A stretch of 64,000 bases of DNA from Lepidodermella squamata (Eukaryota > Animalia > Gastrotricha): contig JBLDXI010000031.1 in the NCBI GenBank assembly GCA_047495785.1, positions 1,178,001 through 1,242,000 of the forward strand, read 5' to 3'. The stretch's first letter is position 1. Every line of letters begins with the position of its first letter. Below, in pieces: positions 49,617 to 60,500 of this stretch. The notes beneath the pieces were generated by a model. The model was given only the letters and a program-made list of their open reading frames with translations, was not told the DNA's origin and did not search any database. The position numbers and the translations under genes are program-made.

Positions 49617-49967
49617 TTGGAAAAGTCTGGTGTTAGACAAAGATGCGTTATCTCTTCGATGATGTTCTGCATCGCGATCGATTTCGTCATGCGTTGCACG
49701 ACGGAAAAAGCGCACAACGGCATTCAGTGGACGCTATTTCAACAGCTGCACGACTTGGACTTCGCAGACGACCTGGCTTTACTAGCCACTTGCGCGAAAC
49801 ACCAACAAGAAAAAACGGACAAGTTGCAGCGGATAGCTGGCAGTGTAGTTCTCCAGATCAACGTTGCCAAAACCAAGGTGATGCGAATTAATCTACCCAA
49901 TGCACACGACAAGATCAAGATCAACAACGAAGAACTAGAAGAAGTACGCGAATACCTCGTTGACTAG
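49617..49967 (+). mobile_element. RTE-clade LINE reverse transcriptase fragment
   Basis: SGVRQRCVISSMMFCIAIDFVMR...GIQWTL..QLHDLDFADDLALL...INVAKTKVM; truncated at both ends. Confidence 0.85.
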
Positions 49968-51342
49968 GCCTGGCCTGATACCATCATAACATGCGTCAGG
50001 GGGTAGCCGAGCAAACGGGCGTAATTTTTTCCGCCTGGACGATTTTTGACAAACCGCTTCAAGTCGTGTACTTTCAACTTAACTGAAATTTATTAAGTGG
50101 AGTCCAGCAAACAAAATGTCTCAAAAAAATCCTCAAAAATAACCTAATTTTATATGAAAAATAACATTTAGAACCCTGGAGATAAGGCAGTCTCCAAAAA
50201 TGCAATAACATTTCGATGAGATCTGGCTGAAGCTTATGGTACTGCTACATACATAGGCAAGGGGCATCCACGCCTGTAAATAGCCCGAGTCTCGGAAATT
50301 GAGGGTTTACATTACTTTGCCGTCATAAACAAAGCAACAGACCGGAAACTAACAAGCTTGCCATCACTTGGGTGTCGTAATTTTCAAATAAAAAGTTGAA
50401 AGGGTACACTGTAACAAAGGGTGAAGTTGAAAGGGTACGAAGCAGTACACGGTAAAAAATAGGGTGGTGATTACCCAGGATTTACCCTCTTTCAATTGTT
50501 TGAGGTGTGCATGCTCTTGACAATTGCTTTGTGGTAATTCGCTCCAGGGTAAAAGTGGGGTAAATATCCTCTTATTAGGTGGCAATTAACTGTGGCAATC
50601 ACCTTCGCGCCAAACACGCAAACTGTCGCCCAAATGCGAGATGCGTATACAATATGCGCAAACGTGTCACTTTAAATGGATTGTTCGATTTTCAGGCATA
50701 GATGACTATTAAAAGCTAATTAAGTACCAGTTGCTTTTCAAACTGATAGCTTAGGTTGTTTCGGTGATTTTTCAGTGGTATATACTTTTCACAAAATCGG
50801 AAAATATTTCACAGAAATAGCTACCGCCATTTGGAGCAAATGGCCACCACAAAAAATAACCCCAGGTTTTTACGCATTTTACATAGGGTCCTGACTCCGA
50901 GTTTATAAAAAGCTGAATTCGAACAGGTATGGGCCAAATAGGCCTTGTGTTTTCCAATAAATTGACGTCGCCGTCTTATATAATGATTGATTAGCGGGTT
51001 TACTTGGCTATGATGCGCTTCAAGACTTTAATTTTTCGACCAATTAGCCCCAAACTTTGATTTTCCTCAAATGACAGTATTGGTTCACCTTTCCTCGCAA
51101 TATTATTATTTGATAGCACCCGCCATGGCATCTGCTCATTAGCTATATAGATGCTACCCACCAGTAATAGCTAATCATTAAATACTGTTTTATGGTGGCG
51201 ATTAGTTTTTATGCGTAATGAGAGTGCAAGCGCCGGCTACGTGTCATCAGTGCGCGCGTCTAAGATGACCCACATTTTTACCCAGAATTTTATTATACCT
51301 AACCTCCCTATGCAAGTAGTGCAAAGCAAAAAGCAATATAAC

Positions 51343-51791
51343 TGTTACATTGAGAGTGTCGAATCGTTGAAAGTGCACTTTCCACGCACGAATTTCCATT
51401 GAAAGTGAACTTTCAATATTGAAAGTATACTATCCCCCATGGAAAGTATACTCTCAATAAAAAGATATGCATTGAGAGTAGACGCTAACAAATGTCCATT
51501 GTTTCTCCCGTCTGGAGCAGCCGAAAGAGTACTCTCAATAAAAGGATGGAACATCTTTTGCGTGGAAAGTATACTCTCCATGAAATGATCGAGTTTCTTT
51601 AGCATGGAAAGTTCACATTCAATAAGTGATATCGTGGAAAGTAAACTCTCAATGAGCGTCTTTTTATTGAAAGTATACTCTCCATGGGGTAAAGTGTACT
51701 TTCAATATTGAAAGTTCACTTTTTCTCACTTTCAATGAAAAAAGGCCCATTGAGAGTTAACTCTCAACGATTCGACACTCTCAATGTAACA
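51343..51791. mobile_element. Fold-back element with TGT...ACA ends and 4-bp duplication (Ginger-like MITE)
   Basis: Ends are TAAC|TGTTACATTGAGAGTGTCGAATCGTTGA ... TCAACGATTCGACACTCTCAATGTAACA|TAAC. The interior is built of GAAAGTATACTCTC-type repeats. Confidence 0.8.
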
Positions 51792-52452
51792 TAACCAGAT
51801 TTTCTTAGATAGCAAAAGCGACTTGAACCGGATGCCAAAATCTCTCTATGTGGCGCTCCGAGGCTTTTCCACAGCGCGCGGCACTCATGAGTTACCGTGA
51901 TTACCTTAGAGGCGTCGTGTAAGGTGATTACCATATGTACTTAGCAGCGGGGTGCGACATCTTGACGCGCCCCATGACGCGCGGGCTGATCGCCTAGCTA
52001 TACACGTTGTTCGTGTATAGCTAGGCCGCTGCGCAGTTGCGTGAATAAAACAGGCAATATAAAATATGAAGAAAAAAGGGAATAGGTACCTATGAGTTAA
52101 GAAAGGTGATTACCACGGCTTCAATGAAATCAGCACATGAATAAACACAGTAGCCAGTGGTGGAGCGAACGTTGATATTTTCGGGACAAATTTGGTAAAC
52201 AATGTTTGAAGTCAATGTTTGGCAAACATGTTTGCCCGTTTATCCAAATTGCTCGTTACATGCGAAAATCGCGAGACTTGAAACAAGTCAGGTTTACTCA
52301 ATGGGTTGAGCACTAGCATCTTTTATCAAAGAACCGATGTGGTGATTTGACACGCGTTTGTGGCCTGCCCTTTGAAAACATCACGCGAACCTATAAAAAA
52401 CAACTTTGATTGAAATTTTATTAATATGTAGTTGTTTTTATGTTAAATCGGA

Positions 52453-54184
52453 ATGTTAAATTCAATATTTCATCACAGGCACCAGTGTTTGTTCGCAACT
52501 GTTCTAGCCCTATTATTATTGGGACTGCTTGCGAATTACGAACGACTGAAGTCGTTCAATGAACCATTCCCCTTGAATGTGGCGAAAGGCGAGGGTCTAA
52601 CCGCCATTCAGCAGGAGAGCCTTCGACTAATTTCCAATTCAATGTTCAGCGAATTTTATACCGGGTTTTTCGACGATGCAATCGCCAATTATGGCGACCA
52701 GAGCCGCTTCCACAGCACCATTTTGCGACTCATTGGTGACAATTCGACTGGTAACCACAAAAAGAGGCTGAGAATAGCTGTTATTGGAGGGTCTAATTCT
52801 AACGGGAGGAGTAACACGGTATTTCACTGTTCACTATATCGACATCGTCATACTTCAACGATTTGATTTGCACAGGGACCAAACTACTTTGATCGAGTGT
52901 GCACGTGGTTTCGAAAAGCTGTTAAACCTTTCAAGGTCGAAGTTGTCTGCGAAAATTGGGCAATGGGTGCAACCGGAAAGTACGTATAACTGCTTATTTT
53001 TTTCAGGAAGCAACGCTTTTATTCATCTTTTCTATAGTTTGTTGTATAAATTTTGCTTGCATGACATGATTGATCTAAAAAAGTTGGACATACTCTTCAC
53101 GGAATTCGCCATCAACGACCCCGAAGGAGACATTGGCATGAAGGATTTTACTCATCTTATTGAGCATGTATCGTTGACGAACCCGAATGTTCACATAGTT
53201 AACGTCGAACTAGATCGTGGTTGGATGCCTCTGGGCATAAATGTGCCGGGATTCAACTTGACAATATGGCGATGCAAGATGTACTTCAAACCCCCTTTCC
53301 ACCGTTTGGTTGCAAAGCGATACAACTTTCCATCAATTAAAGTGTACCATTTTTACTGCGGGCATGACTCAAGAAACGTTTCTCTAAATGCCATGAAAGG
53401 TAACCTAGTCGATAGCAACTCTTTTATCTATTGTTGCTTGTGCGTTTCAGATGGCTATCTGTTTAAGGACGGTGTTCATCCTGGTCCATTGGTACACGTA
53501 ATGCTTAGCGAGTTCTTGGTGGCATACTTCAAGCGATCGATTAATAAGCTCATCGAATCCAATGTTCAGCCCGTTGTTTCCGAGCCAATTATAGAAGCTT
53601 TCAGAGACAACCCTTTCCATTCGCAATGCTTTTTATCAGCAGCACCAGGTCCTCGAAACTCAACAAATCATAAGCTAGAAGAGGCTTTCATTGAATCGCC
53701 TGGAAACAAATTAACCGTCTGGGATCGCGACGCTCTCAACGCAGTTCAGATATTGAAGCCAATCAACTCTACTGATCGATTTGTTTTCAAACATTTTACG
53801 AAGTTTCGCATTGAACCAGGATTTCCGACTACTTACTGTGCGAGATTGAAGAAATGCTTCGAGCCACAGGTTGTACTGTCTCATAAGGGGGACCCGGAAG
53901 TCAACAAGGCAATAACGATCACTGCGAATTATTCCCTATCATCGGGACAAAAGCTTCAATCGATGTACACCTTGCACTTAAGCAAGCGCGGTACTTCCAC
54001 ACTCTACGAGTACCCGCTGTTGGCTGGCCCGAGGAAAGCTGTGAAATGTTTTGCTGAGAATTCCACGATTATTAATGACATTGAGTCGGCAGAGTTGAAG
54101 TTTGAGCAGATTAGTGATAAAAACTTGCCTTTTTCGATGTTAACAATTATGTTTGTTTTTGATTGCCCCGATGCGAACAAATAA
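52453..54184 (+). CDS. SGNH hydrolase-like protein, copy B' (4 exons)
   Basis: The 5' ~1 kb appears identical to copy B, DGVHP is intact, and intron positions are the same. Confidence 0.8.
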
Positions 54185-54591
54185 AACAATGAAAAGTTTC
54201 TCTCTTCTTTTTACGGTAGAATATTCAGCCCAGTTCTGGAGCAGCAGATGAAAGCACAGCAACAACAAATGTACGGACATGATATAATCGAGGGTTTACT
54301 TTACTTTGCCGTCATAGACAACGCTGTAGCAGTCCTGAAACTATCAAGGGACATCCGGCTGCAAACGGAAAGACGATAGCCATCACAGCACAGTGCAACC
54401 TAACATCACGGCGAGCTGTAAAATCGACAGCCTGGCCCTAAGCACAACCCTGCGGCGTTATTATCAATAGCTATTTGCCCCCATTTAAAATAAAACTAAA
54501 CTCTATCATTCGCCTCTTGGTTGGGAATCTTTGAGTCATCAACTATTATAAATGCATTTCAACCTATTGAAATCAGGCAATTTCGATTAAT

Positions 54592-54840
54592 TGGGGCAAT
54601 TGATCGAAGGTCATTTATTGCTAACACCTCATTTTTTAATTATCTTGCCATGCAAAACACTTATCATAAGTTCCCGCAGAAATATAATAAAAAACACCAT
54701 TTATCGTGCTACTAAATTGCGTGTAAATTCAACGGTGTAATAGTTACGATAATTTCCGTTACCTTGGTAAAAATTATTTTAAATAAACCACAGTTATGAT
54801 AACGTACGTTACAGTAAAGAACGTACGATCAATTGCCCCA
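54592..54840. mobile_element. Small MITE-like element
   Basis: Inverted repeat TGGGGCAATTGATCG / CGATCAATTGCCCCA, extending imperfectly to ~26 bp. Confidence 0.55.
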
Positions 54841-55630
54841 TTGATTTTATTTATGAATCATAATTACGCCATATTTGTAGTTGTAAAAACGTGATTAGCC
54901 GGAAGAAGCTAGAATCTGCACGTGCCTTTTTGGTTCATTCATAGCTATGCTTTTCAAGAATGGCATAATAATTATAAATTTGAAATAAAAAATAATTTGG
55001 GCACAGTCTTACGCGTCTTACAAATGATTTTACAATTGGATTGGAACTCGTCTTTTCGACTCTCATTCTTGCTGCCATCATAATTCGAGCATATAGCAAC
55101 GCAATTAAGCTCTGAGCGCAATTCCAATCCGGTCCATCGATTATAATAGAACATTTCAAATATCTCATCCATCATCAATGCCGGCTAAGTTCCTTCGAAC
55201 GAATCGCCTAGCCATGACCCTTCAAGGTAGACAAGCCATGGGCCATGGCCATCGAGGTTTTTGAAAGCCTTACTATTCTACCGGTTCCCATGTATTTTTA
55301 ATTGGCACCCCGATCAAGTTGGGAAAACCTCCCAATTGAATCCCGATTTAGTTTAATTGCTTGAAACTATCAGTTTTGAATAGTATGAGGTGAAAGATCT
55401 GTGGAATTAAATTTGAGCGTTTGGAGCTGTAATTCGAATAGAATGCGGAATAACGTTAAAAGTTAAACCCGCTTATAAGGACTGGAAATTTCAATTATTG
55501 CCTTATCCTTGGCCTTGTTTATTTCTATTTAAAAGTGAATGAAAAAACAATGGATTTTTTTCAATGACATCGTAATTTTACTAATCCATTGAGAGATTTA
55601 GTCATATTTTTTATTCACATAGATGAAAAC

Positions 55631-57357
55631 ATGCTGGATTCAGCTGTTCATCAAAGGCTGAAATTTTGGCCTATAGCAGTGCTAGCCCTGTTCACTCTTG
55701 GTTTGATTGCCAATTATGACAATTGGAGGCCCTTCAGCGAGCCATTCGCGTTAATTCCGGTTAAAGGCGGAGGACTTACGCCGTTTCAGCAGCAGATACT
55801 CCGTCAAATCTCAAGTTCAAAATTCAGTGAATTTTACGCCGGATTCTTCGCTGATTCAATTGCCAATTATGGCGACCAAAGTCGCTTTCATAACACGATC
55901 CTTCGACTAGTGGGCGGAAATTTCACGGCTGGCCATAGGAAGAAGCTAAGGATGGCTGTAATTGCAGGGTCTAATTCACACGGGAGGACTAGCTTGGTAA
56001 ATAATAACTGTTCCTTTAACCATTGAAGGCTGAAGATATTTTTACAGGCAGCGAACTACTTCGATCGAGTATGCGGATGGTTTTCTAAATCGTTAAAGCC
56101 GTTCAAGGTCGACGTCATCTGCGAAAATTGGTCAATGGGTGCTACTGGAAGGTAAGCTGCTCACGTTATACCAGCACAATTAATCCTCTCAATTTTTCAA
56201 GTTTACTGTATAAATTTTGCTTGGACGAGATGATTGATCTCAAGAAGCTGGACATCCTCTTCACGGAATTCGCCATCAATGATTCGCCTGAGACGCACGT
56301 GCGCATGGAAGACTACGCTCAGCTTATTGAGCACATTTGGAAAGTAAATCCGAACGTTCAAATCGTAAACTTGGAGCTCGATTTCGGATGGCGCCCACTT
56401 GGTATCAAGGCTAACAAATTTATGCATAACCTATGGCGGTGCCAGCTCTACTTCAAGCCTTCCTTCCACCGTAAGGTTGCGGAACGATACGACTTTGCTT
56501 CAATCAGAATGCACCACTTTTTCTGCGGACACGACTCGAGAAACGTCACTCTGAATTCAATGAGAGGTATTTTGAATTTTGAAGTCAAATAGGATAGGCA
56601 TTGTGAAGTTTGTACAGATGGCTACCTTTCCAAGTTGGACAACATCCATCCGGGTCCATTGGTCCACATAATGATTAGCGAGTTCTTGGTGGCTTACTTC
56701 AAGAGATCGATTAACCAGCTTCTGGAATCCGAAGTTCGGACTGTTATCCCCGCGCCATTGCTAGAAGTGGCGAAAACCGGCCCGTTCCATTCGCAATGCT
56801 TCCTATCTGTGACACCAGGCCACTGCAATTCAACAAATCATAAGCTGGAACAGGCTCTCATTCAAACGCCTCAACAAAACGTCACAACCATGCAACGCGA
56901 TGCTCTAAATGCCGTTCTGATATTGAAGGGCGTCAATTCAACCGCACAATTCATGTTTAACAACTTCACGAAGAACCACTTGGTAACAGGATTTCCGGCA
57001 ACTTACTGCCCAAAGTTTAACAAATGCTTCGAGCCAAGATTGGTGCTAGGACACAAGGGTGACCCAGCTGCCAAAAAGATGATAAAGATAACAGCGACGT
57101 ACACCTCAACAACCAGCGAAACATTCCACTCGGTCTTCAACTTGGACTTGGGCAGAAGGAGCAAGAACACAATTTACGAATATCCAGTGCTGGTTGGACC
57201 AAGAAAAGCTATTCCATGCTTTAGTAGAAACACCTCGGTGATTAACGATATTGAATCAGCGGCTGTGAAGTTTGAGCAACTGAGTTTGAGCAAAAAGCGT
57301 TTTCCCCTGTCATTGTTATCGATTGTGTTTGTCTTTGATTGCCCAGATTTGAAATAA
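55631..57357 (+). CDS. SGNH hydrolase-like protein, copy C (exons 55631-55996, 56048-56151, 56202-56566, 56618-57357)
   Basis: N-terminal TM, motifs RMAVIAGSNS, NWSMGATG, DILFTEFAIND and DNIHP, and a C-terminal VFVFDCP like the other copies. Confidence 0.8.
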
Positions 57358-57547
57358 AGCTATCAAATTCAGCATGATGCTTTCTTATTCTAATCATCCA
57401 AAAAACCCTTGAGATAAATTTGGAACCGTTATCATAGCAAGACAGATAAAGAACTCAGCAAGAGATAAGCTTGTGGCGAGAGACAGATCGTGAGCATTTG
57501 AACTTGTTTTCTCCACGTTTTGGTACTCAAAACAACAATTCTGCTGA

Positions 57548-60500
57548 ATGCTCGTATTTGTCTTCACAGCGTTATTTTTATTTGATCTGAGCCCAAAGAC
57601 TTTAGGCTCGTCAATCGATTTATGCCAATTCGATGATGATGCGACATCACGCTGTAAATTACAAAACGATGGCACGGTAAAATGGATAGTTGCTTCGGCA
57701 AACGATGCAATGAAAAGCAATGCAGGGAGGCGAAATCTGTTGCCTCGGGTAGACGCGAATAACTCCCCAGAGGGTTTCTACGTCTACCTAGATAGCGAAG
57801 ACAACAGTGAACCATTCCAACAGGCCTCTATAATCATGCCAGAACTGAAAACGACTGATAGCGTAAACTGCTTGAAGTTGAACTACATCTATTTCGGGAC
57901 ACAACTTCCGGAAATCAAATTGCTTCGCCACTGTGAAAACAGCGAATCGTCTATGCCTGAGCATAGCCTTGGCACTCATATTATGTGGAAACTAAACGGT
58001 CCAAGTCATATTTTATCGAATTCTGATCATATGTGGCGCGAAATCGATATACCATTGCATGATAATGCAATAGACGACTGTTGGCTTGAAATTGTCGCGA
58101 ATTCTAATTTTGCTGATGTTTCTTACGGTGGAGTGGCTTTTGACAATATCATAGCCACTAGTTGCCCTTGGGACCCAAAACAAGACATCTGTACGTTCCA
58201 AGAGCCATGTAACTTTTGGTCCTTCGACAATTCTGATTGGCGCATCGAAACTCCTGTATTTCTACAACAAGTTGAAGAAGATTTCACTTACCGATCATCT
58301 GAGGGGAAATTTCTCGCGATTTTGCCGAAAAGTGATGAAGACTGCAGTTTTTCCCAACTCTATGGCCCCAAAGTTGCGGACTTGCTTACTCCAGCCGTGT
58401 GCTTCAACTTTGCAGCTTACATTATCGTTGAAAGTGGCGCGGCAGATGTTAGCTTTTACCTTAGAATCGAAGGCGCGAATAATCGGACGGTTACAACTAT
58501 TTGGAAAGGTCGAATGCACGATGACGATTCGCATCAATGGCAACAGTTTTATGTTTACGCTGATATTTCAGATGCAATTGGCTTTGCCGATGCTCAATCT
58601 CTAGAGCAGTTTCAGATTGTACTCGAAGCTCGTTTATGCAACGGAAACGGTTTGGCCATTGATGACATAACGGCAGTGGTTAAATCATCGTCCGACTGCC
58701 GTTACATGAGTGATGATGACTTCGAAGGTAAATTCACATCGTGGCAATCCGATGGATCGATTAATATCGCTGTTTTCCCTACGGAGTAAGAATTACCAAT
58801 CTGATTGTCACTATGGCAGAGATTTTTATGTGTTTTTTCAGGAAAATTCAGGGAATGCATGAAGACCACACCTTCCTCCAATCAAACTCTCATGGCAGTG
58901 TTCTCCTAGCTCCTTTCTTTGAAGATGAAGAGTTTGGAACGATTCGAAGTCAGGTTTTGACCCCAACATACGCGCGATGTGTCTCCTTCTGGATTTACTC
59001 TTTTTCTATCGAAAATATGAGGCTCAAAGCCGTTATTACCGAATACGAGTCGTTGAGTGATACTGTTGCATATGAGCTGAATACTTCAATCCAAGTAACC
59101 GGCAACTGGATTTATGCGTCATTTTCCTACTTTTTCGAGAGATCCCATCAAATTTCAATCTACGCTGCTAATTTGGCGATCGATGATGTTAGTTTAACAG
59201 ATGGTCTTTGTGCGTGCCGTCCTGTTGGCGAGATTTCTAGATGTGTTGTGCCAAAGCTTGATAAAATTAACATCGAATCCCTTGGTAAAAATTTAAAATG
59301 AGTGTTCATCACAGTTTTACTATTGTTTTACTTGTAGGGAGCGAATTGGTATCATATTACGAAAGAGTCGGGCTATGCTTAAATCAAGTGGTATTGACAT
59401 ATCATGACAGCTCGATTCTCGAATGTGCCAGGCATTGCGATGTCTCGGAACTCCGTCGCGGAGACGAATGCTCTAGTTTCAGCTTTAACGCAGCAGATTC
59501 AACGTGTAACCTCCAGCTGAATTCATGCTCAAATAATTTGGAGCTGTCGGCTGATGTTAGAACTTTCGAGAAGAAAGAATTCCCGAATTATTTTCCAACG
59601 CTTGGTTACTGCGCAAACAAAGCCGCAGAGGTACTGATAGAAACGGATTCGAAAGCCTGCTCCGAAATTTGCGATTCGAACTCGAAATGCTCGTATTTTG
59701 AGTATAACACTGTAAGTGAAAATTGCTTCATCTACGATTCGTGCTCGTTATCTCCATCCAACATCAATCGGATGATGTATGAAAAAATACGTGAGTTTAT
59801 CTGAGATTAATGTTGAAATTCTGGCCTTAATCTTGATGATTATTTAGGGTTCCGTGGCTTCACCCACCATGCCGGGACGTGCGTTTTCGATCAAGGTAAC
59901 TTCCAACGACTTCCTGATATCACCCGGCGAGAAGTAAATGACTTGTGCACTGCTGATCCCAAATGCTCGGCTTTCATTTTCGATGAAACAAGAAAAAACT
60001 CGTTTCTTCTGCTTGGCGGGGAGTGCTCGGGCTTCGCAGATAATCTAGGCACTCATACTTACATTCGACTCAGCAATCCTCAGTACAGCTGCGATTTCGA
60101 AACGGCTTGCGATTACAAATTTTCAGCGGGAAAATTAGGCTTTCAAGTTCAACAGTCTTCTGATGGATTTATTCAAGGCGGCCCGAAAAGAGATGCTTCC
60201 TTGAACAAAGATTTTGAGGGAAGTTACGCGCTACTAACATACTCAGCCACAACAATCGGTCAAGATTCTTCGAACGTTGGGAGTGCCACCGTAACAAGTC
60301 CTTCAATTCAACCAGATTTTGCGAAGTGCTTATCTTTCCGCTATTTCCTATTCGGAACAAATGTTGGTGAGTTAGTTGTCGAATTCGAGGTCGACGAACA
60401 GATCCTGGAAGCTTCGAGGATATCAGGAACGAAAAGCAACGCTTGGCTAGAACAGCGACTCAATTTAGAAGCCATGAATTTCACCTCACAATACCGAATA

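Noticed and set aside
51343-51791. CRISPR-like repeat array
   Set aside because: The repeats are irregular and inverted, have no unique spacers or cas genes, and sit in a eukaryotic context with a TE-type target duplication.
52784-54184. 466-aa ORF read as an intronless protein
   Set aside because: It reads through introns by chance. Comparison with copies A, B and C shows the same three introns and a different frame for exon 2.
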